A DNA stretch of 64,000 bases, from contig DATEHI010000152.1 in assembly GCA_035279665.1 (NCBI GenBank), positions 1,350-65,349 of the forward strand, given 5' to 3'. Source of the stretch: Candidatus Dormiibacterota bacterium. Its GTDB lineage: Bacteria > Chloroflexota > Dormibacteria > CF-121. Below, in pieces: positions 47,287 to 56,705 of the stretch (position 1 is its first letter; the number at the start of each line of letters is the position of its first letter). Under the pieces are notes generated by a model. The model was given only the letters and a program-made list of their open reading frames with translations. It made no database searches and was not told the DNA's origin. The translations under genes and the position numbers were made by a program.

Positions 47287-48080
47287 CCGACGCCCGCCAT
47301 CACCGTCAACGAATCCTCACCGAGGTGGGCGAAGCCGGGCAGCGCCGGCTCGAGGGCGCCGCCGTGGCGATCGTCGGTGTCGGCGGCCTCGGCGCACCGG
47401 TCGCGCTCTACCTCGCCGCAGCCGGCGTCGGCCGTCTCGGGCTGGTCGACGACCAGGACGTCGAACTGTCCAATCTGAACCGTCAGATCATCTTCGACGA
47501 GTGTGACGTCGGCCGGCCGAAGGTCGAGGCGGCCGCCGGCCGGTTGCTCCAGCTCGATGCAGCACTCCAGGTCGATCCCCGCCGCGAGAACATCCGCGCC
47601 TCCAACGTGGCCGAGCTGTTTGCGGAGTACGACCTGGTGGTCGACGCCACCGACGTGTTCGAGACGAAGTTCCTTCTCAACGACGCGTCCGTCCTGCTGC
47701 GCAAACCGCTGGTGCACGGGGCGGTGCTCCGCTGGGGCGGCCAGGTGACGACGATCCTGCCAGACGCACCATGCCTGCGCTGCCTCTTTCGCGAGCCTCC
47801 CGAGCCAGGCGACGTACAGACCTGCGAAGAGGCCGGCATCATCGGGGCAGCGACGGGCGTCGTCGGCAGCGTGCAGGCCGAGGAAACTCTGAAGGTCGTG
47901 CTCGGCGTGGGAAATTCGCTGAGCGGGCGGATCTTCCAGCACGACGGCCTTCTCGGCGAGACGCGAACGACCAGGTTTCCACGCGACCCCGATTGTCCGG
48001 TCTGCTCATCGCGGGCGCGCATCACCGACCTCGCCCGCTACGAGGAGCAGGTCTCACCCCGCGGTCACGTCCTCGTTTGA
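47283..48080 (+). CDS. ThiF/MoeB/HesA-family E1-like adenylyltransferase (copy 2)
   Basis: VAIVGVGGLGAPVALYLAAAGVG is the nucleotide-binding motif, with a C-terminal CPVCS. The GTG start overlaps the upstream stop (GTGA). Confidence 0.7.
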   Translation: MTDARHHRQRILTEVGEAGQRRLEGAAVAIVGVGGLGAPVALYLAAAGVGRLGLVDDQDVELSNLNRQIIFDECDVGRPKVEAAAGRLLQLDAALQVDPRRENIRASNVAELFAEYDLVVDATDVFETKFLLNDASVLLRKPLVHGAVLRWGGQVTTILPDAPCLRCLFREPPEPGDVQTCEEAGIIGAATGVVGSVQAEETLKVVLGVGNSLSGRIFQHDGLLGETRTTRFPRDPDCPVCSSRARITDLARYEEQVSPRGHVLV

Positions 48081-48880
48081 TGTCCGCGCCGGCCGAGATC
48101 GGTGTCATAGGCGGCTCCGGTTTCTATGAATGGTTTGCCGGTGCTGATCAGGTCACGCTCGACACGCCCTACGGCCCGCCCAGCGCGCCGATCGCAGTTG
48201 CGGAGGTCGGCGGTCGTCGCGTCGCCTTCCTTCCGCGCCATGGCCAAAAGCACACCATCCCCGCACCCTTCGTCAACTACCGCGCCAACATGTGGGCGAT
48301 GCGTGAGCTGGGCGTGCGCCGCATCATCGGGCCGTCAGCGGTCGGCAGCTTGCAAGCGGAGCTTCATCCGGGCGACCTGGTGATCTGCGACCAGTTCATC
48401 GACCGCACGACCGGCCGGTCGGACACCTACTATCCCGGACCTGAGGTCGTGCACATCAGCGCCGCCGATCCCTACTGCCCGGAGCTGCGTGCGCTTGCGG
48501 CGCGCGTCGCGGGCGAGCAGTCGCTTCGCTTTCGTCCAGCCGGAACCATCGTCGTGGTGCAGGGCCCGCGCTTCTCCACGCGCGCCGAGAGCCGCTGGTA
48601 CTCGCGCATGGGTTGGGACATCGTCGGTATGACCCAATACCCGGAGGTCATCCTCGCGCGCGAGCTGGAGATGTGTTACCTCAATCTCTCGCTCGTCACG
48701 GACTACGACGCCGGCGTCGAGGGAGCGCCCCACGTCGCGGCGGTGCAGGCCCAGGAGGTGTTGCGGGTGCTCGCCGCGAACATCTCGCGGGTCCGCGACC
48801 TGCTGGCCGCCCTGATCCCGATGGTCCCGGCTAGCCCGAGTTGCGACTGTCAACAGTCGCTGCAGGGCGCACGGATGTGA
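48080..48880 (+). CDS. mtnP: S-methyl-5'-thioadenosine phosphorylase (MTAP/MtnP; PNP family 2)
   Basis: IGVIGGSGFYEW...FLPRHG...MTQYPEVILARELEMCY matches MTAP. The ATG overlaps the thiF2 stop (TGATG). Confidence 0.8.
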   Translation: MSAPAEIGVIGGSGFYEWFAGADQVTLDTPYGPPSAPIAVAEVGGRRVAFLPRHGQKHTIPAPFVNYRANMWAMRELGVRRIIGPSAVGSLQAELHPGDLVICDQFIDRTTGRSDTYYPGPEVVHISAADPYCPELRALAARVAGEQSLRFRPAGTIVVVQGPRFSTRAESRWYSRMGWDIVGMTQYPEVILARELEMCYLNLSLVTDYDAGVEGAPHVAAVQAQEVLRVLAANISRVRDLLAALIPMVPASPSCDCQQSLQGARM

Positions 48881-49044
48881 ACCGGAAAAAGAAGAAAGGC
48901 CGAGATTGGGGTCTCGGCCTTCAAGGAAGGGGAAGCGGGGATCACGATAAATGTGGGGGTGTTAAGGAGCAGTGAAGAGGCAGTAACGGCGCTGTCACAG
49001 GACAGGATCGGACCTCGATCGAGCGTCAGCTATAGTCCCCAGCA

Positions 49045-50142
49045 ATGAAGGTGCTGATCACCGGCGGGGCCGGCTTCATTGGTCAGCGCACCGGGGAGCT
49101 TCTGCTAAAGCACGGGCACCAGCCCACCGTCCTCGACAATCTCTCGCCGCCGGCGCACGATGGCCCACCGGCGCTCCCGGCGGGGATGGAGCTGGTCGAG
49201 GGCGACGTCCGTAAGCGCGAGGATTGGGTCAAGGCGCTCAAGGAGAACGAGGTCGTGTTGCACCTCGCGGATCACCACGATTACCTGCCGTCCTTCAGCA
49301 AACTCTTCCACGTCAATGCGGTCGGCACGGCGATTCTCTTCGAGCTACTGCTCGAGGGAAAGACGTCGGTGCGGCGGGTGGTGCTTGGCTCCTCGATGGC
49401 CGTCTACGGTGAGGGGAAATATCGTTGTGGCAAGGACGGCGATGTCTATCCGCAACCGCGCAGCCTCGACGCACTCGAGCGCGGCATCTGGGATCCAGCA
49501 TGCCCGATTTGTGGCGGTGCGATCACGCCCATGGTCACCGACGAGTCGGTCGCACGACCGACGAGCGCCTACGGATTGAGCAAGCTGGCGCAAGAGGAGA
49601 TGGTCCGGCTCCTCGGCGAGCGGCACGGGATCGAGTGGATCATCCTTCGATACGGCGCCGTCCAGGGGCGGGCGCAGCCATTTCAAAACGCCTACTACGG
49701 CGCCTTGCGCATCTTTGCGCTGCGGCTCGCCCATGACCAGACCCCGCAGCTGCTCGAAGACGGGCATCAGCTGCGCGACTTCATCGACGTCGACGACGTG
49801 GCGCGCGCCAACGTCGCCGCGCTCACCGGTCTGGCCCCGGGCGCCTACAACGTCGCGAGCGGTCGGGCGCATACGGTGATGGACCTGGCGCGGATCCTCC
49901 TGCGCGTCGCCGAGCGGGACGTGATGCCGGAAACGCCAGGTCGCTATCGGGTCGGTGATGCGCGGCACTCGGTGCCCGACGTTAGCCGGATGAAGGCAGC
50001 CGGATGGGAGGCGCAGAGCGGGCTCGAGGCGATGGCCCGCGAGTACTGGCTGTGGCTCCTGGCGCAGCCCAATCTCGATACCCACTATGAGGGTGCCGAC
50101 CATCTGATGGAGCGTACCGGCACCGTCCGCGTGGCTCGATGA
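49045..50142 (+). CDS. NAD-dependent epimerase/dehydratase (extended SDR)
   Basis: The N-terminal Rossmann motif is MKVLITGGAGFIG and the YxxxK catalytic motif is present. Confidence 0.75.
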   Translation: MKVLITGGAGFIGQRTGELLLKHGHQPTVLDNLSPPAHDGPPALPAGMELVEGDVRKREDWVKALKENEVVLHLADHHDYLPSFSKLFHVNAVGTAILFELLLEGKTSVRRVVLGSSMAVYGEGKYRCGKDGDVYPQPRSLDALERGIWDPACPICGGAITPMVTDESVARPTSAYGLSKLAQEEMVRLLGERHGIEWIILRYGAVQGRAQPFQNAYYGALRIFALRLAHDQTPQLLEDGHQLRDFIDVDDVARANVAALTGLAPGAYNVASGRAHTVMDLARILLRVAERDVMPETPGRYRVGDARHSVPDVSRMKAAGWEAQSGLEAMAREYWLWLLAQPNLDTHYEGADHLMERTGTVRVAR

Positions 50143-50684
50143 GCGCGAACGGAAGCCGTCGCTACCCGATCCGCTACGCGACCCAGCGGTGGAGCGACGG
50201 CAAATGGTTTTACGGGGCGCTGTTCATCATTGGGCTGGCGCTCATCGGCTACAACCTGTACCGCAAGCTGTCGATCATTTCCCTCATCCCGGTGACCGTC
50301 CTCTGCGGCGCGATCCTCCTGGCGTTCTGGGCGATGCAAAAGATCTCCTACGTTGAGATCACCGGTGACGGGCTTCGGGTTCGTTACCTGCTTCGTAAGC
50401 TGGAGCTTCCTTATAGCGCGCTGGCTCGCGTGCGACGCCAGCCGCTCGAGGTGGCGTTTCAGCCGGCCGAGCGTCGCCGCTTCGTGAACCGCTTCGTAAG
50501 GCGGCTGGGCCGTGAACCCGCCGTCTATATACGGCTCGATCGGCGCCAGCCGGACCTGGTCGAGTCCGCCGAACGGCAACTCGGCCCGCGGCTGGTCGCC
50601 GGGGCCGACATCGTCGTTCCGATCGCACGCGTGGACGAGTTCGTCGCGCAAATGAAGAGCCGGGTGCGCGGTCAATCGAGTTGA
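50139..50684 (+). CDS. Hypothetical membrane protein (two N-terminal TM helices plus a soluble domain)
   Basis: ATGA overlap with the epimerase stop; TTGA overlap with the pmt start. Confidence 0.45.
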   Translation: MSANGSRRYPIRYATQRWSDGKWFYGALFIIGLALIGYNLYRKLSIISLIPVTVLCGAILLAFWAMQKISYVEITGDGLRVRYLLRKLELPYSALARVRRQPLEVAFQPAERRRFVNRFVRRLGREPAVYIRLDRRQPDLVESAERQLGPRLVAGADIVVPIARVDEFVAQMKSRVRGQSS

Positions 50685-52282
50685 GACAAACGCGCGCCGC
50701 CTGGTGGCGCCTCGACCGGCGCGACCTGTACTGGCTGATCGCGCTCACGTTGACGGCGGGGATCCTTCGCTTCGGCAGTCCAATCTTCCTCGATGTGTTC
50801 GCCCACCCCGGATCGTCGGCACCAATCAGCGCCTGGGGCATCGGGCACAACTACCAGGACCCCTCCCTTCCTGGCCTGGGCAAACCGAACGACATCGCGC
50901 CCAACTCGCCCTTCATCTTCGACGAGCTCTACTTCGCCAACGACGCTCACAATGACATCCTCGGTCGCGACTATTTCGACCCGGAGCCACCGCTCGCCAA
51001 GCTGATCATCGCCCTGGGCATCAAGCTCTTCGGCTTCAACTCGTTCGGCTGGCGCTTCATGCCGGCGCTCTTCGGCACGGCGCTCATCCCACTGATGTAC
51101 CTGCTGGCCCGCCAGCTGCTGACGGTGCGATTCTTTGCCGTCGCTGCCGGCATACTGACGGCCTTCGACGGGATGACCTTCGTCGAGTCCCGCACCGCGG
51201 TGATCGACATCATCCCCATCACGCTGGTGGTGCTGGCCTACCTTCTCTTCCACCTCCACCTCAATGCCGACAGCGTCGTGCGGCGACGATGGATGATCGT
51301 CCTCACCGGCATTACGCTGGGGCTGGCGCTCGGCGCGAAGTGGACCACGCTGGCGGCCTACGGCACCATCATCGTGATCCTGGCGCTCCGGCTCATCCTT
51401 CGCTGGACGCGCTACGACAGCGCCACCGGTGGCATTGCGTTGCTCAGCATCGCGCTGTTGCCGGCCATCTTCTACGGCCTGAGCTTCGTCCGCTACCTGA
51501 CGATCACCCACGGCATCACGAATCTTCCGCAGCCCGCGCTGTCCTTCGCGCCCTTTCATTTCAACCCGGGCTCGGCCTGGACCGAGCTCCGTGAATGGCA
51601 CTGGCAGACCTGGCACTACCACTTGACGCTGACCGCGCCCCACATCTTCTACAGTCCCTGGTGGTCCTGGCCGCTCGACTTCCGCCCGGTCGTCTATTAC
51701 TACACGGGCCAGGGGCTGGGTGTCGACCAGACGAGCGGCTCGACGCTGGTGGCGGAGATCTTCAACCTCGGCAACCCGTTGATCTGGTGGGCCGCCACCT
51801 TTTCCTTGATCGGGATCGCGGTCGGGCTGCCGGCCCTGATCCGGGACTACCGTTCGCGGCATGCGCTGGAGTCGACCGAGATGACGTTGCGCGATGGAGC
51901 CGGGCCGGCGGACCAGCGGCTCTACCTCTCGCTCTTCATCCTCCTCGCCTTCCTGGCCGCCTGGCTCCCATTCTCCCGGGTGCCGCGCGGCCTCTTCCTC
52001 TACCACATGCTCGGCGGATTGCCGGCGATGTTCCTCGTGCTCGCGCTGGCGCTAACCTACCTCCGCTCGCTGCGCGGCCTGCTTCCGGGCCTGGCGGTCC
52101 GCATCAACGGCGTGGTGCCGGCCTACGCCTACCTGCTGATGGTGATCGGCTTCTTCCTCTACTTCTATCCGCTCTGGACGGGATTACCCCTCACCGGGGA
52201 CGCTTTGAACAGCCACGTCTGGTTCGCCCTCGTCAAACCGCTCCCCAACTGGTGTCTCTGCTACTGGACCTCCCCGGGCTAG
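50681..52282 (+). CDS. pmt: Dolichyl/polyprenyl-phosphate-mannose protein mannosyltransferase (GT39, Pmt)
   Basis: The 533-aa multi-TM protein has a PMT-family loop (FIFDELYFANDAHNDIL / DPEPPLAKLIIALGIKLFG). Confidence 0.75.
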   Translation: MRQTRAAWWRLDRRDLYWLIALTLTAGILRFGSPIFLDVFAHPGSSAPISAWGIGHNYQDPSLPGLGKPNDIAPNSPFIFDELYFANDAHNDILGRDYFDPEPPLAKLIIALGIKLFGFNSFGWRFMPALFGTALIPLMYLLARQLLTVRFFAVAAGILTAFDGMTFVESRTAVIDIIPITLVVLAYLLFHLHLNADSVVRRRWMIVLTGITLGLALGAKWTTLAAYGTIIVILALRLILRWTRYDSATGGIALLSIALLPAIFYGLSFVRYLTITHGITNLPQPALSFAPFHFNPGSAWTELREWHWQTWHYHLTLTAPHIFYSPWWSWPLDFRPVVYYYTGQGLGVDQTSGSTLVAEIFNLGNPLIWWAATFSLIGIAVGLPALIRDYRSRHALESTEMTLRDGAGPADQRLYLSLFILLAFLAAWLPFSRVPRGLFLYHMLGGLPAMFLVLALALTYLRSLRGLLPGLAVRINGVVPAYAYLLMVIGFFLYFYPLWTGLPLTGDALNSHVWFALVKPLPNWCLCYWTSPG

Positions 52283-52341
52283 CGCTGGTTGCGGGCTGCC
52301 TGGTCCTCGGTCTGGGCCTGGCTGCGGGCGGGCCGCCATGG

Positions 52342-54345
52342 TTGACGGCGGCCGAGCGGGCCGTCATCGGCCTCGTCCTGGCAGTGGTCGCGCTCACGAT
52401 GCTGGGCTATGTCGCGGCGCTGGCCGTCGGCGTCACGGCCGGCCTCGATCTGCTCCTGGCTGTGGCCGGACTTCTGGCGGGTGGCTGGCTGCTCTGGCGT
52501 CACCGCGCCCGGTATCGTCTCCCCGCTTTTCCACGCTGGAGCGGGGCCCCAAATCGTCTCCCCGCTTTTCCACGCTGGAGCGAGGCCCCAAATCGTCTCC
52601 CCGCTTTTCCACGCTGGAGCGGGGCCCCAAATCGTCTCCCCGCTTTTCCACGCTGGAGCGGGGCCCCATTCGGACTACCGGCCGCCATCGTCGCAGTAGC
52701 GCTGGTCATGGGCTTCCTCTTCGCGCGCGTGGTGGAGATCACGCCCGACGCCTGGCTGGCGCACTACAACGCGACCTGGTCGGACTGGGCCTTCCACGCC
52801 AGCTACGCCACCGCATTCGTCTACGGCCACAACCTGCCGCCCCAGAATCCGATCTTCGCCGGGACACCGTTCCGCTATCCGTTCGCGCCCGACTTTGCCA
52901 GCGCGCTGCTACTCGGCGGCGGCTGGAGCATCCCGGCGGCGCTCATCTGGCCGAGTTGGGCGATGACGGTCCTCGCGCTCAGCGGGCTGATCCTCTGGGC
53001 GCGGCGGGTCACCGGTGGGATCGGCGCGGGCGTCGTCGCGGTCACGCTCACGCTGGTGGGCGGCGGTGTTGGGTTCCTGTTCTTCTTCGGTGACGCGGCG
53101 CGGCTCGGGCTGATCAACGCCCTGATACACATCGCGCGCGATTACGACCGCTCCTGCCCGGACCCGAGATGCCTCGACCCGACGCTCAACATCCAGTGGT
53201 ACAACCCGATCCTTTCCTACTATCTCCCGCAGCGATCCTTCGTCTTCGGTGCCGCGATGGTCATCGCGGTCCTGCTGCTGTTGACCCCCCCGCTGATGTC
53301 CACGCCGCTCCTCCGTTGGCGTGAAACCCTGACCACGATCCGTTCGTCCTGGCGGCGATGGACGTTGAAGAGCGAGGCGGTGGCCTTCCTCGTCGCCGGC
53401 GGATTGACCGGCGTCCTGCCCCTCTTTCACGTGCACAGTCTGCTGGTGCTCGGCATCGTGACCGCCTGCTGGGCCCTCCTCTTCCCACGGCCGGCGTGGC
53501 TCGGATTCTTCGCGGTAACACTGCTGCTCGCCGTGCCGCGCCTGCTGATGGCGGTGCCGGGCGACCCAGGTGCTCCCCCGGAGCACCAGTACCCTCGATG
53601 GTTGATCGGTTGGATGTCGGGCACGGACTTCCCGCCCTGGTTCTGGATCAAGAACACGGGCCTCTTCTTGCCGCTGCTCCTGCTGGCTCTGCTGAGCCCG
53701 CTGGCGCTGCGCGGACGCGCCCGGCTGCTGATCGCGCCCTTCAGCGCGGTGTTCCTGGCCGCCAACCTCGTGAAGTTCCAGCCCTGGGATTGGGACAACA
53801 GTAAGCTCCTGGTGTTCTGGTACATGGCCAGCGCGGTGGCGGTAGGCGCGTTGTTCGTCCGCCTCGCTCGGGCGCACCTGCTGGGCGGCGTTCTTGCGGG
53901 CGCGATCTGGCTGAGCCTGGTCGCCTCTGGCGTCTTCTCGCTGGTGCAATTCCTGCCCGGGCAGGGACCGGCGTACGTCTGGTTCACGAGCGAAGAGGTG
54001 CAACTTGCCGCAGATGTGCGCCGGCAGACCGCCCCGCATGCGGTGTTCGTAACCGCCGAGGAACCAACCAATGCGATCGCCGACCTGGCCGGGCGTCCGG
54101 TGCTGATGAGCTACCCTGGCTGGCTCTGGAGCTACGGGATCAACTATTCCCAGCGGGAGGCGGACATCGCCCGTATCTACCAGGGGGGCCCCCAAACGCT
54201 CGGCTTGCTCAGCCGTTACCACGCCGACTACATCGTGATCGGGCCGCATGAACGCGGCGCCTACCAACCCAACGTCGATTATTTCAACGCGCAGTTCCGG
54301 CTGCTGCTGCACACGCCGAACTACGACATCTATGCGGTGCACTGA
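52342..54345 (+). CDS. Large polytopic membrane protein with C-terminal extracytoplasmic domain (GT-C-like?) carrying a 4x13-aa repeat; start uncertain
   Basis: The product has more than 10 predicted TM helices. The track ORF 51595..54345 overlaps pmt in a different frame, and only the part after 52282 is plausible. Candidate starts are TTG 52342, GTG 52384 and ATG 52399. Confidence 0.5.
   Translation: MTAAERAVIGLVLAVVALTMLGYVAALAVGVTAGLDLLLAVAGLLAGGWLLWRHRARYRLPAFPRWSGAPNRLPAFPRWSEAPNRLPAFPRWSGAPNRLPAFPRWSGAPFGLPAAIVAVALVMGFLFARVVEITPDAWLAHYNATWSDWAFHASYATAFVYGHNLPPQNPIFAGTPFRYPFAPDFASALLLGGGWSIPAALIWPSWAMTVLALSGLILWARRVTGGIGAGVVAVTLTLVGGGVGFLFFFGDAARLGLINALIHIARDYDRSCPDPRCLDPTLNIQWYNPILSYYLPQRSFVFGAAMVIAVLLLLTPPLMSTPLLRWRETLTTIRSSWRRWTLKSEAVAFLVAGGLTGVLPLFHVHSLLVLGIVTACWALLFPRPAWLGFFAVTLLLAVPRLLMAVPGDPGAPPEHQYPRWLIGWMSGTDFPPWFWIKNTGLFLPLLLLALLSPLALRGRARLLIAPFSAVFLAANLVKFQPWDWDNSKLLVFWYMASAVAVGALFVRLARAHLLGGVLAGAIWLSLVASGVFSLVQFLPGQGPAYVWFTSEEVQLAADVRRQTAPHAVFVTAEEPTNAIADLAGRPVLMSYPGWLWSYGINYSQREADIARIYQGGPQTLGLLSRYHADYIVIGPHERGAYQPNVDYFNAQFRLLLHTPNYDIYAVH
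52516..52671 (+). repeat. 39-bp tandem repeat x4 (cgtctccccgcttttccacgctggagcggggccccaaat) encoding (RLPAFPRWSGAPN)x4
   Basis: Three full units are near-identical (one G to A difference). The fourth diverges at its 3' end. Confidence 0.85.
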
Positions 54346-54385
54346 AATCTACGCGGTGCACTGAAGGGGCCGTTAGAATGCAGGC

Positions 54386-54724
54386 GTGTTGACGCGCTTC
54401 CTGATCCACATCGTCGCTCTGCTCTTCGTCTTCTATATCGTTTGGGGCATTCGGGGGTCAAACCTGTGGGCGGCAGTCGTCCTGGCCCTGATCCTGGCGC
54501 TGGTCAACGCGATCATCCGGCCGGTTCTCCTGATCCTCACCCTGCCGATCACGCTCCTGACCCTGGGGCTGTTTGTCATCGTCCTCAATGCGCTGCTGTT
54601 CGCCCTGTCCTTCGCCGTCCTGAACGGCATCATGAACCTGCACATCGCGCTGAGCTTCGGCCAGATCCTGATCGGCTACCTGATCTACGCGGTGGCCAGC
54701 TTCGTGCTCACGCGCCTTCTCTAG
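54386..54724 (+). CDS. Phage-holin-family-4-like small membrane protein (DUF360)
   Basis: The 112-aa product has four TM segments with LIHIVALLF...IRPVLLILTLPITLLTLGLF. Confidence 0.55.
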   Translation: MLTRFLIHIVALLFVFYIVWGIRGSNLWAAVVLALILALVNAIIRPVLLILTLPITLLTLGLFVIVLNALLFALSFAVLNGIMNLHIALSFGQILIGYLIYAVASFVLTRLL

Positions 54725-55887
54725 AACGCCCAGTAGCCGCGACCGAAAGCCAGCCCGAAGACCACCAGCGCGACGAAGGACAATCCCACCAGCGGGAGGT
54801 AGAGCCAGCGGCGGGTGATGCGGCCGGCCAGCAGGAAGAGGGGATACATGCCCAGGAGATATCGGGGGATGCTCAGCCAGAAGGGCAGAAAGGTGACCAT
54901 CACCGTGACGACCGTCGCGTAGGCGGCGTCGGCGGGCCGCAACCGCAACCAGCTCAGCGCCGTCGCTAGGTAGGCGGCGATCCCGCCGGCGATCTCTCCA
55001 CCGCCCACCGTGAGCTTTTCCCAGGGGACGCGCCAGGTGATGCCATTCACCGCGCCGGCCAGCCCGCGCCAGGGGGCCGCGAGCGAATGCGCCCAGTGGT
55101 CGCGCTGCACCGCGACGAAGGCGAGCGGATCGCCGAGGACGAGCAGATTTGTCAGGAGGTAGGTGCCGAAGCCGAATACGACGAGCAGCGGTGGGACGAT
55201 CAGCTGCCAGAGGCTGCGCAGGACGCGCCGCGCCGCAAACAGCTCGATTACCAGCAAGGGAAGGAGCGCCAGCCCGGTGAGCCGCGATGCCGCGGCGAGG
55301 CCGCCCAGCAGGCCGGCCCACAGCCAGCGCTGGCGGCGGGCCGCCAGGACGGAGCCGAAGGTGAGCGCGCAGAAGAGCGCCTCGGTGTATCCGACCAGCA
55401 AGAAGTAGGCGGTGGGGAAGACGGTGAAGAACGCCGCCGCGCGCCAGGCCGCCTTCTCGTGGCCATCCACGCGGGCCACCTCGTAAAGGAGAATGGCGGC
55501 GACCACGCCCGCGATGTTGCTGATCAGCAACGCGGAGGTTCGAGCCGGGAGCCCGAGGGCCGACACCGCGCTGATCAGGGCCGGATAGAGCGGGAAGAAG
55601 GCGATCAGGTTACGGGCATCGCCCACCTCTGCGTAACCGTGAGTGGCGAGGTAGACGTAATGCCGGGCATCCCACCGGTCCCACGCCTGGCCGAGCGCGG
55701 TCAGCGGGTCGGGGGAGGCGCCAAACTCGATCAGGGTGAGGGTGACGAGCACCGCCTTGACCAGCAGCGCGAGCGCGAGCAGGCTCAACCAGGGGCGCAG
55801 CCGGTCCGCCGGAAGCCCAGCGATCGTTGGCGTTGGCGTACCATAGCGACTCGACGGCCTGCCGGCCACCTCACTGAGTGACCTCAC
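54721..55887 (-). CDS. Integral-membrane GT-C-fold glycosyl(mannosyl)transferase-like protein (DUF2029/PIG-V-like)
   Basis: Multi-TM protein with RHYVYLATHGYAE...FFPLYPAL motifs. The start is set at GTG 55887, because the upstream Arg-rich track extension is implausible. Confidence 0.5.
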   Translation of the reverse strand: MRSLSEVAGRPSSRYGTPTPTIAGLPADRLRPWLSLLALALLVKAVLVTLTLIEFGASPDPLTALGQAWDRWDARHYVYLATHGYAEVGDARNLIAFFPLYPALISAVSALGLPARTSALLISNIAGVVAAILLYEVARVDGHEKAAWRAAAFFTVFPTAYFLLVGYTEALFCALTFGSVLAARRQRWLWAGLLGGLAAASRLTGLALLPLLVIELFAARRVLRSLWQLIVPPLLVVFGFGTYLLTNLLVLGDPLAFVAVQRDHWAHSLAAPWRGLAGAVNGITWRVPWEKLTVGGGEIAGGIAAYLATALSWLRLRPADAAYATVVTVMVTFLPFWLSIPRYLLGMYPLFLLAGRITRRWLYLPLVGLSFVALVVFGLAFGRGYWAF

Positions 55888-56705
55888 CAGCCTGGCTTCC
55901 CATCTTCCGCGCCATCGCCGCGGAGATCCGCGCCACGATCCCGCCGCTCGCCGGCACGCCCCGGGGACGCGAGGAGGTCGGCCTCGGCGCCGGCGGCGAC
56001 CGGACCATTTATCTCGACCAGCTTGCCGAAGAGATCGTGGTCCGCCACCTGGAGCAAGCCTATCGCAGCGGCCTGCGCTTCCGGCTGATCTCGGAGGAAC
56101 TCGGCGAGCGCGACTTTGGCGGCGAGCTGCTGGTGCTGGCCGACCCGCTGGACGGAAGCTACAACGCCAAGATGGGGCTGCCATACTATGCGGTCGTGCT
56201 GGCCGTCACTGAGGGTGACCGGTTTTCGGACGTGCGGCTCGGTTATGTCCAGAACCTGGTGACCGGTGACGAGTACCACGCGATTTCCGGAGCCGGAGCG
56301 TTTCACCGGGGTGAGCCGCTTCGGCCGACACCCCCAGCATTTGACGGCCGCTCGATTGCGCTGGTCCAGTTCGACGCGCCGTCCGGGGTGGAACCGCGCG
56401 AGCGAGCCGCGCCGATCTTCGCCCTGGCGGAGAAGGTGCGCCAGCTCGGCTCGGCGGCGCTCAACCTCTGCCACACCGCCTCTGGTGGGGTCGCGCTCCA
56501 GGTGACGCCCGCGCCGGTGCGGTCCTTCGACCTGGCGGGCCCCGTCCTCATCCTCCGGGAGGCCGGCGGGATCGCGACCGACTATCAAGGCGGGTCGATC
56601 GAGTCGGTCTCCGTCCGATTGGACACGCGCACCACGCTGCTGGCGTCGCTGTCCCCGCAGATTCACGCGTACGCGCTCGAGGTGTTGGGGGCCCGGGTTC
56701 GCTGA
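55878..56705 (+). CDS. Inositol-monophosphatase / FBPase-family (IMPase-like) phosphatase
   Basis: The metal-binding motifs are EE...DPLDGS and WDLAGP-like. GTG start. Confidence 0.65.
   Translation: MTSPAWLPIFRAIAAEIRATIPPLAGTPRGREEVGLGAGGDRTIYLDQLAEEIVVRHLEQAYRSGLRFRLISEELGERDFGGELLVLADPLDGSYNAKMGLPYYAVVLAVTEGDRFSDVRLGYVQNLVTGDEYHAISGAGAFHRGEPLRPTPPAFDGRSIALVQFDAPSGVEPRERAAPIFALAEKVRQLGSAALNLCHTASGGVALQVTPAPVRSFDLAGPVLILREAGGIATDYQGGSIESVSVRLDTRTTLLASLSPQIHAYALEVLGARVR

Noticed and set aside
48897-48920. Hairpin AGGCCGAGA-TTGGGG-TCTCGGCCT right after the mtnP stop
   Set aside because: No T-tract follows it on the + strand. An A-run precedes it, which would suit a minus-strand terminator, but no minus-strand gene ends there. 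It is possibly a weak or rho-dependent element, not confidently a terminator.
55878-55887. Divergent genes (IMPase + strand, GT-C - strand) whose predicted start codons overlap by 10 nt
   Set aside because: Most likely a consequence of uncertain start assignment for the GT-C gene (several GTG/CTG candidates) rather than a real overlapping-start arrangement.
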